This document shows positions 19,155-28,074 of a DNA stretch of 64,000 nucleotides, piece after piece. Source of the DNA: a virus; IMG/VR virus record IMGVR_UViG_3300035670_000019, positions 1 to 64,000 of that record. One strand, given 5' to 3'. Numbering within the stretch: position 1 is the first letter of the stretch; each line of letters starts with the position of its first letter. The notes below the pieces were generated by a model that did not search any database, was not told the origin of the DNA, and was given only the letters and a program-made list of their open reading frames with translations. A program made the position numbers and the translations under genes.

Positions 19155-20189
19155 ATGCAAATAGAAAGATTACGTTCTCTTATTAAAGAATCAATTCAAG
19201 AATATATTAAAGAAATTGATGAAGCAGCTGAGACTGCCGCTATGGAAGCTCGCATCGCTAAATGTGATGAAGCTATTTTAGCCCGTGAAACTAGACTCGA
19301 AAACCTTAGAAACTTAGAAGAAGCAGCTGATATGCTGGATGAAGTTAAAGTTAAAGCTATGGAAAATGAGATTAAAGAGCTTAAAAAAGCTAAAGCTAAA
19401 TTTGAAAAAGATAAAGAAAAAAAAGCAGCTAAAAAAGCTGGTAAAGGTAAAAAAGAAGTAACTACTGATGCTAAAACTGAAGACACTCCTGTTGATGAGT
19501 CTGACGTAATGGAGAAAATGGAAATGGAAGGTGAAGAACCAAAAGAAAAAGCATTAAATGAGTCATTCCTTAAAATGCAAAAATTAGCAGGTGTTATTAC
19601 TGAGGCTCAATATAATCAGAAAAAAAAAGCCTTAACTGAAAACCAAATAACTAATAACCCTGAATTCAGTAAGATAGAAGATAAAGCTTACAGTTTTATT
19701 AATAGTCCTGAAGTAACTGCTTTACTCACTAAAGAACTAAATAAACTATCACCTGAAGAAAAAACAGAATTATCAAAAAATATTATGTCCGAAGGAGGAT
19801 CAGATAAATCTGATTTTAAATCAACTATAGAAAAAGCTATGAGTGCTATCTCTTTAAATGAAGATATGCATGATGCTATTAGAAAATTAGGTGGATACAA
19901 GCCAGGCCAAGAACCTACAGTTATGGATAAAGCCGCGGGTAAAGTTTTACAAGGTTTAGGAGTGAGTAATATCATGTCAATGGGAACATTACCTAGCCTA
20001 GTAGCTATGGCTATAGATAAAGGATTTGACATTAACCTTATGAAAATGGTTTCAGATATGCTTGGAAGTACACAAGCTGCTGTTGGAGCATCAGTCTTAG
20101 GTGGATTAATAGGAGGTGCGATATTATGGAAAATAGGCAAGATTCTACAAAACGAAAAAACAACTATGGGTACTGCGTTATTTAACTAA
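19155..20189 (+). CDS. Putative head cargo polyprotein carrying both tags and C-terminal hydrophobic helices
   Basis: MQIERLRSLIKESIQE; internal LNESFLKMQKLAGVITE; AAVGASVLGGLIGGAILWKIG; late promoter at 19130. Confidence 0.55.
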   Translation: MQIERLRSLIKESIQEYIKEIDEAAETAAMEARIAKCDEAILARETRLENLRNLEEAADMLDEVKVKAMENEIKELKKAKAKFEKDKEKKAAKKAGKGKKEVTTDAKTEDTPVDESDVMEKMEMEGEEPKEKALNESFLKMQKLAGVITEAQYNQKKKALTENQITNNPEFSKIEDKAYSFINSPEVTALLTKELNKLSPEEKTELSKNIMSEGGSDKSDFKSTIEKAMSAISLNEDMHDAIRKLGGYKPGQEPTVMDKAAGKVLQGLGVSNIMSMGTLPSLVAMAIDKGFDINLMKMVSDMLGSTQAAVGASVLGGLIGGAILWKIGKILQNEKTTMGTALFN

Positions 20190-20195
20190 CATATA

Positions 20196-20270
20196 GACCG
20201 ATTCATAGCCGGTCGCTTTAACTAAAAACTAAAATGGAGCTGTGGCCCAATCATTTGATTGGGCCTTCTC
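20196..20270 (+). ncRNA. Candidate structured RNA element (hairpin + pseudoknot + second hairpin)
   Basis: GACCG/CGGTC stem whose loop CATAGC is complementary to GCTGTG (20239-20244); GGCCCAATCA/TGATTGGGCC stem. GC-rich island in an AT-rich spacer. Confidence 0.35.
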
Positions 20271-20279
20271 TATGCTTAT

Positions 20280-20311
20280 TTTGGCCTTAATAAAAAGAAT
20301 TATTATATTAA
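20280..20311 (+). promoter_or_regulatory. Bacteroidota sigmaA-type promoter
   Basis: TTTG-N20-TATATTAA. Confidence 0.55.
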
Positions 20312-20315
20312 AAAT

Positions 20316-20789
20316 ATGAATATATTTTATATTAATTCTGATCCTATTATCGCCGCTAGAGAATTAGCTGATGATCATATTCGTAAAATGCAAATTGAAT
20401 CTGCTCAAATGTGTTGTACAGCACATTGGGAAACAGGTGGTACTGCTCCATATAAACGAGCTCATAAAAACCATCCTTCAACAATTTGGACAAGACAATC
20501 AATACAACATTATAGATGGTTAGTAAAACATGGATTAGAAATTTGTAATGAATTTGAAAAACGTTATGGTAAAACACATGCTACTAAACAAGTATTGTTA
20601 TGGTGTAAAGACAATGAACCAAATTTACCTAATAATGGATTTATAGATCCACCACAATGTATGCCTGATGAATTTAGAAAGGAAAACACTATAGAAGCAT
20701 ATAAGAATTTTTATATTAATGATAAAATAAAAGTTAAAAAATTAGATTGGAAAAAATTAAATAATAAACCTGAATGGATAAACAAATAG
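20316..20789 (+). CDS. Pyrimidine-dimer DNA glycosylase (DenV-like) family protein
   Basis: MNIFY...DP..AA....D.H..KM.IESAQM; YKRAHKNHPSTIW; EFEKRYGKTH; PPQCMPDE. Start corrected to 20316. Confidence 0.75.
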   Translation: MNIFYINSDPIIAARELADDHIRKMQIESAQMCCTAHWETGGTAPYKRAHKNHPSTIWTRQSIQHYRWLVKHGLEICNEFEKRYGKTHATKQVLLWCKDNEPNLPNNGFIDPPQCMPDEFRKENTIEAYKNFYINDKIKVKKLDWKKLNNKPEWINK

Positions 20790-22069
20790 TAATAGTTGGT
20801 GCAGGAGTAGCTGGTATAAACGCAGCTACTAAATTAGTTGATAATGGTTACCCTGGTAACTTAATCACTATTATAGACAAAGGTAATGATCCACATAACC
20901 GCTTACCTGAAGAAGTAATGACAGGTATGTTAGGCGCGGGAGGATGGAGTGATGGTAAATTAACATACCATACTGCAATTGGAGGTGTATTATCAAAATA
21001 CTGTGGTGAAGAGAAAGCAATGGAATTGATGGATCAAGTTATTAATAACTTTAGACGTTTTCACCCTAAACCAGAAGAAATCTTTTGCTCTGATCCACAA
21101 GCAGAACCTGAATTCATTAAACCATACTTTGGATTACGTTTATTCCCAGTATGGCATATTGGTTCAAATTACCTACATGAGATTGCTAAAACATGGTATC
21201 AGTATTTGCTAAACAAAGGTGTTAGATTTGAATGGAATACTGAGGTTAAAAATATATACTTTGATCGTAGTAGAATCTACACATCCAATGCCTATATGCA
21301 TTATGATGAACTTATATTTGCAGTAGGCAAATCAGGTATTGACTTTGCTCAAAAATTATCAGATGAGTATAAATTACCAACTGAACCAAAATCAGTACAA
21401 ATTGGAGTACGTTTTGAAGCACCACAAAAATACTTCCAAAAATTAATTGATATTAGCTATGATTTTAAACTATATCAAAAGTTTGATAATGTATCATTAA
21501 GATCATTCTGTACTAATAATAACGCAGCTTACGTCGCAGTAGAGGAAACATATGGTGATATTACTTATAATGGTCACGCTAAGAAAGGTGAGGAATTTAG
21601 AAATGATATGACCAATTTTGGTATTTTGATGGAAATCAAAGGTATTGATAATCCATTTGAATGGTCAAGAGATGTAGTAAATAAATTGCAAATTGATGGA
21701 AAAGGATTATATTACTCACCTAACCAAACCCGCAAACCAGGATTAACATCTGAGGGTGCTACAGTATCAGCTCATCAAGTAGATGATTATTCATTAGATG
21801 ATATTAGAAATGCAATGAGTGGTTATTTCTCATATATTGAAACATTTATTGAACAAATGAATGAAGTATTTCAATTTGGTGATGATTGGGGGATATATGT
21901 TCCTGAAGTAAAATATGTCTCCGCAGAGCCTCTTGTTAATTATAATAATCTAAGTCTCACAACATATAATAATATTTACTTTGCTGGAGACGCATTATCA
22001 GCTAGAGGTATAACAGTAGCAGGTAGTCAAGGTATTTACATTGCTGAAGGTATTTTAAAAAAAATGTAA
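20774..22069 (+). CDS. FAD-dependent oxidoreductase (COG2509-like)
   Basis: IVGAGVAG dinucleotide-binding motif, GAGGWSDGKL, IGVRFE, RSFCTN, YFAGDA..RGI. Confidence 0.85.
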   Translation: MDKQIVIVGAGVAGINAATKLVDNGYPGNLITIIDKGNDPHNRLPEEVMTGMLGAGGWSDGKLTYHTAIGGVLSKYCGEEKAMELMDQVINNFRRFHPKPEEIFCSDPQAEPEFIKPYFGLRLFPVWHIGSNYLHEIAKTWYQYLLNKGVRFEWNTEVKNIYFDRSRIYTSNAYMHYDELIFAVGKSGIDFAQKLSDEYKLPTEPKSVQIGVRFEAPQKYFQKLIDISYDFKLYQKFDNVSLRSFCTNNNAAYVAVEETYGDITYNGHAKKGEEFRNDMTNFGILMEIKGIDNPFEWSRDVVNKLQIDGKGLYYSPNQTRKPGLTSEGATVSAHQVDDYSLDDIRNAMSGYFSYIETFIEQMNEVFQFGDDWGIYVPEVKYVSAEPLVNYNNLSLTTYNNIYFAGDALSARGITVAGSQGIYIAEGILKKM

Positions 22070-23084
22070 GTATTTAATTTCTGGTGATATTTATAATTAT
22101 GAAATATTATGTATATCATTGGATTAGAAAAGATACTAATGAACCTTTTTATGTAGGAAAAGGAACAGGTAATAGAGCAGGTCATAAAAAATCAAATAAA
22201 GGGTGGAAAAATATTACTTCTAAAGTTGAATGCTTTTGGGAAATTATTAAGTATTTTGATGATGAACAAACCGCTTATCTGTATGAACATACTCTTATTG
22301 AAGAATATAAAAAATTGGGGTATAAGATAATTAATCAAACTGAATATTCTAAAGGAGGAGGTACTTGGGCATATACAGATGAAGTAAAACAACGTCAAAG
22401 TAAAAATAGAAAAGGTAAAGGTTTAGGGCCTCGAAGTGAAGAATGGAAGCAAAATATTAGTAAAGCAAACAAAGGTAGAAATATATTATGGGCTAATAAA
22501 ATAGGGGATGCCCTTAGAGGAAAACCTAAAAATTATTTAAGTCATCATAAACCAATACTACAATATGATCTTCAAAATAATCTACTTAATGAATACCAAT
22601 CAGCCCAAGAAGCAGGTAAACATCTAAATAAATCAGGCAATAGTATAGCGGACTGTGCCGCAGGTCGTCAAAAAACAGCTTACGGATTTATTTGGAAATA
22701 TAAAGAATAATTCATATATTTATACTAAAATATAACTATGAAAAAATCAGAATTACAACAAATTATTAAAGAAGAGATAAATAAATTTAGACTTAAACCT
22801 GGAGATCCGGGGTACACTGATAATGGTATAGCAAATAACTATGCATCTGATTTAACTAATCGTTTATTCTATCAAAAAAATTCCTCTCCTCTACAGTGCG
22901 TAACTAATTGGGGTAATGAATTAGAAAAAGATCCATTAATAGCTGGTAGACTTACTAAAAGTCAAATAGAAGATTTAAAAAAAGAAGCAATAGCTCTTGT
23001 AGGGATTACTAAAGGAACTAGTAGGTATAAACAAGTATTAAAAGATAAAATACTTAAAGTTTTAAAAGGTGAAAAAATAAGATA
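21947..23084 (+). mobile_element. Homing-endonuclease cassette supplying a replacement 3' end for the oxidoreductase gene
   Basis: The last 40 codons of the oxidoreductase recur in diverged form at 23085-23207; a GIY-YIG gene and one passenger gene lie between. The left boundary may be slightly further upstream. Confidence 0.7.
22099..22710 (+). CDS. GIY-YIG homing endonuclease with NUMOD3/NUMOD1-type DNA-binding repeats
   Basis: YYVY...PFYVGKG..NRA; E..LI...N; SEEWKQNISKANKG; KPILQYDLQNNLLNEYQSAQEA...KTAYGFIWKY. Start at 22099, after late promoter 22087. Confidence 0.85.
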   Translation: MKYYVYHWIRKDTNEPFYVGKGTGNRAGHKKSNKGWKNITSKVECFWEIIKYFDDEQTAYLYEHTLIEEYKKLGYKIINQTEYSKGGGTWAYTDEVKQRQSKNRKGKGLGPRSEEWKQNISKANKGRNILWANKIGDALRGKPKNYLSHHKPILQYDLQNNLLNEYQSAQEAGKHLNKSGNSIADCAAGRQKTAYGFIWKYKE

Positions 23085-23085
23085 A
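22738..23085 (+). CDS. Tagged head-cargo passenger gene within the endonuclease cassette
   Basis: MKKSELQQIIKEEINK tag; own late promoter at 22716. Confidence 0.55.
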   Translation: MKKSELQQIIKEEINKFRLKPGDPGYTDNGIANNYASDLTNRLFYQKNSSPLQCVTNWGNELEKDPLIAGRLTKSQIEDLKKEAIALVGITKGTSRYKQVLKDKILKVLKGEKIR

Positions 23086-23207
23086 ATTTGTCATTAAGTG
23101 AATTCCCAAATGTACACTTTGTAGGTGATGCTTTATCTGCTCGTGGTATTACAGTTAGTGGCGCTCAAGGAATATATGTTTCTGAATATTTATTGAAAAA
23201 TAAATAA
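23085..23207 (+). pseudogene. Displaced original 3' end of the FAD oxidoreductase gene
   Basis: Translates as NLSLSEFPNVHFVGDALSARGITVSGAQGIYVSEYLLKNK* versus the gene end NLSLTTYNNIYFAGDALSARGITVAGSQGIYIAEGILKKM*; no start codon. Confidence 0.85.
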
Positions 23208-23671
23208 TGAAATTATCACAACTAAAACAAATCATTAAAGAGGAAATACATAAAGTATTGAATGAAGCTTTTGTTAATGATAAAGGAGAACTTGAAGATT
23301 TTAATTTTGAAAATGATTTAGTAGTAAAATATTTACCTGAATATTATCAAAATGAAAAACGTTATAAATTTTTCTATTGTGAAAAAGGATTAGCAGATGA
23401 CTTTGATACTAAGGATGGTAAAAAAGTAAAATATATTGTAGGATATTCACATTTTTTAGATTTACCTAATGATAAAGAATGGATTTTAGATATGCCTGAC
23501 CCAAAAACTGAATTAAATATAGCTTCAGGTTTAGCACTTGACCCAGATAGTTGTTATGATGCAGAAATGGATGTGATAGGATATATATATTCTAAAAATG
23601 GAAAAGATATTGAAACAGAATATGAAGAAGAGGAATTATGGGAGGCTTTTTATGATTCATTAGGAGCTTAA
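23207..23671 (+). CDS. Tagged acidic head-cargo protein
   Basis: MKLSQLKQIIKEEIHKVLNE tag; late promoter at 23186. Confidence 0.55.
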   Translation: MKLSQLKQIIKEEIHKVLNEAFVNDKGELEDFNFENDLVVKYLPEYYQNEKRYKFFYCEKGLADDFDTKDGKKVKYIVGYSHFLDLPNDKEWILDMPDPKTELNIASGLALDPDSCYDAEMDVIGYIYSKNGKDIETEYEEEELWEAFYDSLGA

Positions 23672-23707
23672 AATTTGATAAGTTTATACATAACCTTTAA
23701 TGTTTAG

Positions 23708-23741
23708 GGCTTGGCTTTGCCAAGCCTTTTTGCTATATTCA
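23708..23741 (+). promoter_or_regulatory. Overlapping intrinsic terminator and sigmaA-type promoter
   Basis: GGCTTGGC-ttt-GCCAAGCC-TTTTT; CTTG-N20-TATATTCA. Confidence 0.6.
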
Positions 23742-23761
23742 CTATATAAATAAAAAACATA

Positions 23762-24946
23762 ATGAATATACACGAGGACTTATCAAAAATTGGCAAGCAG
23801 TTAATGCTTAGTGAACCATTCTATGGTGTATTCTTATCTACTCTTAATAAAGTAGTTAGAAAAGATGTACCAACAGCTGGTGTTTGTTTACAAGGTATTA
23901 ATTATCAATTAGCAGTTAATGAAGAGTTTTGGAACTCACTACCAGGAGATAAACCAAAAATAGGACTACTCAAACATGAGTTGCTCCATATTTGCTTTAA
24001 TCATCTTCTTGATAGAGATGACTACCCAGATCAAGAATTACATAATGTAGCAGCTGATATTGAAATCAATCAATATATAGCTGAGGAGTATTATCCATCT
24101 AAAGATCTTCTATTACCAAGTTCATATCCTGAACTGAATTTGCCTTTAAAAGCTGGTACTAAAGTATATTATGGTTTGTTAAAACAAGCTTTAGAAAGTG
24201 GAGCTAGTCCAAAACTACAACAATTAATGGATGGTTTAAAAGGTGAAGGTCTACATCCAACTTGGAGTGAGTTTGATGGTTTAAGTGAAGCTGATGCTAA
24301 ACTAGCCAAATCACAACTTGAACATCAAATTAAAGAAATACTTAAAAGTCAATCAGATAAGGGTAGAGGTTTTGTTCCATCTGAGTTAGAAAGTTTTATA
24401 GATGATATATTAGCTGAAAGTGAACCATCATATGATTGGAGATCGTATTTTAGAAAATTTGCAGGTACATCAACTCGAGTCTATACTAAAAAAACAAGAC
24501 GTAAACTAAACAAACGTTTCCAAGAAAATCCAGCCTTAAAAATTAAAACTAAAAAGAATATACTTGTAGGCATTGATACATCAGGTTCAGTTCTTAATGA
24601 AGATTTAGCTAGATTTTTTGCTGAGATACATCATATGTACAAAACTGGAGTAACAATCACTGTAGCTGAAGGTGACGCTGCTATTCATAATGTATGGGAA
24701 TATAAAGGCGAGATGCCTAATTCTGTTACAGGTAGAGGCGGTACAAACATGAATCCGTTTATCCATTATTTTAATGAACATAAAGAATATAATAGTTTAA
24801 TTATATTAACTGATGGATTCATAGGTGAAAATAAAATTAAATCATTCAAACCAACTTTAATGGTCATAACACCGAATGGTGAAAGTTTAGATGTAATTAA
24901 AGAAAACGGATGGGGCAACACTATTAAAATGAATTTGGCCTCCTAA
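23762..24946 (+). CDS. Metallopeptidase-vWA protein (DUF2201-like)
   Basis: LLKHELLH, NVAADIEINQ; vWA MIDAS IDTSGS, GRGGT, ILTDG. Confidence 0.85.
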   Translation: MNIHEDLSKIGKQLMLSEPFYGVFLSTLNKVVRKDVPTAGVCLQGINYQLAVNEEFWNSLPGDKPKIGLLKHELLHICFNHLLDRDDYPDQELHNVAADIEINQYIAEEYYPSKDLLLPSSYPELNLPLKAGTKVYYGLLKQALESGASPKLQQLMDGLKGEGLHPTWSEFDGLSEADAKLAKSQLEHQIKEILKSQSDKGRGFVPSELESFIDDILAESEPSYDWRSYFRKFAGTSTRVYTKKTRRKLNKRFQENPALKIKTKKNILVGIDTSGSVLNEDLARFFAEIHHMYKTGVTITVAEGDAAIHNVWEYKGEMPNSVTGRGGTNMNPFIHYFNEHKEYNSLIILTDGFIGENKIKSFKPTLMVITPNGESLDVIKENGWGNTIKMNLAS

Positions 24947-24965
24947 TAAATCATTGTTATATTTA
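24934..24965 (+). promoter_or_regulatory. Bacteroidota sigmaA-type promoter
   Basis: TTTG-N20-TATATTTA. Confidence 0.6.
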
Positions 24966-24984
24966 ATTAAAATAAAGGTTACAA

Positions 24985-26181
24985 ATGGCAAAAAAAGAAA
25001 AAACAAAACATGCACAAGTGTCTCTAAATGTTAAAGAGGCAAAACAATTTCTTAAACATATTATTGATAACAATCGTTATCTACAACAACAAAACAAACC
25101 ACCTGTAGCAGTTGAAGTAATTGGTGATTCCGGTATTGGTAAAACATCAACTATTGTTCAATTAGCAAATGAGTTGGATTTGAATTTTGTTAAGTTGAAT
25201 CTCGCACAAATTGAGGAGTTAGGTGACCTAGTAGGTTTCCCAATTCGTCAATTTGAAGTATGCCAAGACAATGATAAATGTCTGTGGATAGATGAACATG
25301 CAGTTGATGAGTATACCAAACAAGGATTTAAATTTACAGGTAAAAATAGAATGAGTTATTGTCCACCTGAATGGATTAGTGGCAAATCAAATGGTGGTAT
25401 TTTGCTTTTAGATGACTGGAATCGCGCTGACATCAGGTTCATTCAAGCTGTTATGGAGCTAATTGATCGCCAACAATATATTAGTTGGGAGTTGCCTAAA
25501 GATTGGCATATTATTCTTACAAGTAATCCTGACAATGGTGATTATTTAGTTAATAGTATTGATAACGCTCAAAAAACACGATTTATATCTATTAATTTGA
25601 AATTTGATATTAATTGTTGGAGTGAGTGGGCTGAGAATGCTGAAATGGATAATAGGTGTATTAACTTCTTACTAAAACATCCTGAACTAGTATCAACAAA
25701 TACTAACTCAAGAAGCATATCAACATTCTTTAATTCAATATCATCACTAAAATCATTTGATGATGAGTTAGGATTGATTCAAATGATTGGTGAGGGTAGT
25801 GTTGGATCTGAATTCACTACAATGTTCACAATGTTTATTAATAATAAACTAGATAAGATTATATCCCCAGATACTATTATGAATCATGAAAGTGAAGAAT
25901 ATATTCTTAATACTTTAAAGGGTATTATTGGTAAAGACGATAAATATAGAGCAGATTTAGCATCAATTCTATCAACTCGTATTGTTAACTATAGTTTATT
26001 TTATAGTAAAAGCAATAAGATAGAAAAATCATATATTGATCGTTTGGCTTATTTGATGAATGAAGATATATTTGCTGTAGATTTGAAATACAAAATTGTA
26101 AAATCAATTTATAATGGCAATTCAAGCTCATTCAAAACACTAATGATGAATAAAACATTAATTAAATTCCTAAGTAAATAA
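24985..26181 (+). CDS. MoxR-like AAA+ ATPase
   Basis: Walker A GDSGIGKT, DLVGFP, Walker B ILLLDDWNRA, TSNP, DNAQKTRF. Confidence 0.85.
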   Translation: MAKKEKTKHAQVSLNVKEAKQFLKHIIDNNRYLQQQNKPPVAVEVIGDSGIGKTSTIVQLANELDLNFVKLNLAQIEELGDLVGFPIRQFEVCQDNDKCLWIDEHAVDEYTKQGFKFTGKNRMSYCPPEWISGKSNGGILLLDDWNRADIRFIQAVMELIDRQQYISWELPKDWHIILTSNPDNGDYLVNSIDNAQKTRFISINLKFDINCWSEWAENAEMDNRCINFLLKHPELVSTNTNSRSISTFFNSISSLKSFDDELGLIQMIGEGSVGSEFTTMFTMFINNKLDKIISPDTIMNHESEEYILNTLKGIIGKDDKYRADLASILSTRIVNYSLFYSKSNKIEKSYIDRLAYLMNEDIFAVDLKYKIVKSIYNGNSSSFKTLMMNKTLIKFLSK

Positions 26182-26183
26182 TT

Positions 26184-27290
26184 ATGTATATAGCACAACT
26201 AATATTTGACCCAGGTCGTAATAAACAATTTCATACTAATGGTTGGGAAAAAGTAGCAGGCATTATACCTGAATCATATAAGCAACGGTATTTAGCTTTA
26301 TATGAGGCTAATAAAGATAATAAAATTGAAAATAAAACAACAGTTTATTCAACACCATTATCTGAGTTACCTTCATATAAATTAAAAAACTACATAACAG
26401 AGAATAAACTAAATATTAAAACAGCTAGAAAATTTGATAAATTAGATGCTGTTATTATTAGTGATTTATTTATTAGAGAAAACTATACAGATCTTAAACA
26501 ATATAATTGGGATCAAACAACTAAACAATCATATTTTACCCCCAAACCATCAGAAAATCTATATATAATCCCAGTTGACTTTATTATAGATAATCCTAAA
26601 TTTTCAAAATATAGAAACCAAACAACTCAGTATGGTTATAGTAATGATATAGTTAAAGATCGTAAAGGTGAAGCATACACCCACTATGTTATTACTGAAA
26701 AAAATCTAAATGATTGGATTCAATTTGATCCTAATTTTGAGATTATTAAAAAACACTCACCTTTGCCTGGTTTTATAATTACTAGTCATCATGGTAATAC
26801 TAAGGCATGTAAAAACATTAATTTTTTCTTAAACTTAATTGACAATATTGAAAAATATAACTTAAAAGTTATTTTTGATACATCAGTCAATAATGATATT
26901 AATCAAGGTGTTGTAGTTGATTTTGATATGTATCAAACTCTTTATAATATGCTTAATAGTTCTGATGTTGAGAATTGGGAAATGGCTAGAGAAATAACAG
27001 CTAACTGCGAGTATGATACATCAAAACCATATCTGATGCATCTATATTGTAGTTTTAGTCAATTAAGAAAAGCAAATGGTTCTGCTAACTATCAATTCCT
27101 AAAAAAGAAACTAGATAAAGAAGTTAATATGGGGAGTTATGGTAGATATGGTGGTCCGTCATTCACTGCTATAACAAAGCATTTAGTTACTAAATTCCCA
27201 GCTTATAATCAAGTATTTTTAGATTGCTTTAAATATCAAGTTAATACATTTATTGGTAAAGATGTAATTAAAGAAATAACATCCTACTAA
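26184..27290 (+). CDS. Hypothetical protein, third gene of the vWA/MoxR cluster
   Basis: Intact 368 aa ORF coupled to the ATPase. Confidence 0.55.
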   Translation: MYIAQLIFDPGRNKQFHTNGWEKVAGIIPESYKQRYLALYEANKDNKIENKTTVYSTPLSELPSYKLKNYITENKLNIKTARKFDKLDAVIISDLFIRENYTDLKQYNWDQTTKQSYFTPKPSENLYIIPVDFIIDNPKFSKYRNQTTQYGYSNDIVKDRKGEAYTHYVITEKNLNDWIQFDPNFEIIKKHSPLPGFIITSHHGNTKACKNINFFLNLIDNIEKYNLKVIFDTSVNNDINQGVVVDFDMYQTLYNMLNSSDVENWEMAREITANCEYDTSKPYLMHLYCSFSQLRKANGSANYQFLKKKLDKEVNMGSYGRYGGPSFTAITKHLVTKFPAYNQVFLDCFKYQVNTFIGKDVIKEITSY

Positions 27291-27311
27291 TATTTATACC
27301 AAATAATATTA

Positions 27312-27794
27312 ATGGCAAAGATAGTACTATTAAGTTGCACTAAATCAAAACTAGACCACCCAGCTCCTGCACAGGAGCTGTACTCTGCCTCTCCAATGTT
27401 CCAAAAAACATTAAAGTATGGCCAGTCACTCAAACCAGATAAGATGTTTATTCTTTCTGCTAAGCATCATTTAGTACCTATGACTAAAAAGTTAGCACCA
27501 TATGATATGACTCTTAAAGAAATGTCTAAAGATGAGAAAGAAGCATGGGCTGATGAAACAGTAAAACAAATGAAGTCTCAAGGTTTAAACCCACAAAAAG
27601 ACAAATTTGTATTCCTTACTGGTAATGAATATATGAAGCCGTTATTCAAATATATTCCTGAAGAAAATATAGAAAAACCAATGGACGGCAAACGTATGGG
27701 TGAGCGTTTAAAATGGTTAAATAGCCAGATTGAAGGTGTAAAAGAAGTTATAAACAAATTTAAAAAGATTATCTATGAAGTATTCAAAAAATAA
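27312..27794 (+). CDS. DUF6884-like protein
   Basis: IVLLSCTKSK...PAQELYS...FILSAKHHLV...PYDMTL; late promoter at 27290. Confidence 0.65.
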   Translation: MAKIVLLSCTKSKLDHPAPAQELYSASPMFQKTLKYGQSLKPDKMFILSAKHHLVPMTKKLAPYDMTLKEMSKDEKEAWADETVKQMKSQGLNPQKDKFVFLTGNEYMKPLFKYIPEENIEKPMDGKRMGERLKWLNSQIEGVKEVINKFKKIIYEVFKK

Positions 27795-28014
27795 ACTAAA
27801 CGAATATATTGAGTTATACCTTAATGATCTTGAAGATTATGGAGGCGATGAAGATAATGTTATTTTAGCTGAGATAGCACTTAAAGAATTTAAAATGCTT
27901 CTCACTGAATCAGAGCAAGATATTGTATCACTTTTAAAAGAAGCTAAAAAAGATTCACGCCCTGCTTATCGAATTGTATATAAAAATTTCATAGAGTATT
28001 TGGAAAATATCTAA
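27775..28014 (+). CDS. Hypothetical small acidic protein
   Basis: Overlapping ORF with LNE/LTE sites. Confidence 0.45.
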   Translation: MKYSKNKLNEYIELYLNDLEDYGGDEDNVILAEIALKEFKMLLTESEQDIVSLLKEAKKDSRPAYRIVYKNFIEYLENI

Positions 28015-28022
28015 ACCACTTG

Positions 28023-28054
28023 TTTGGCTTTGTGGAAAAATGATGTTATATTTA
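28023..28054 (+). promoter_or_regulatory. Bacteroidota sigmaA-type promoter
   Basis: TTTG-N20-TATATTTA. Confidence 0.6.
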
Positions 28055-28074
28055 GTAAAATAATAAATAAACAT

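Noticed and set aside
21947-23084. Group I intron interpretation of the endonuclease insertion
   Set aside because: The interval is filled by coding sequence, leaving no room for a ribozyme core, and the upstream gene is already complete.
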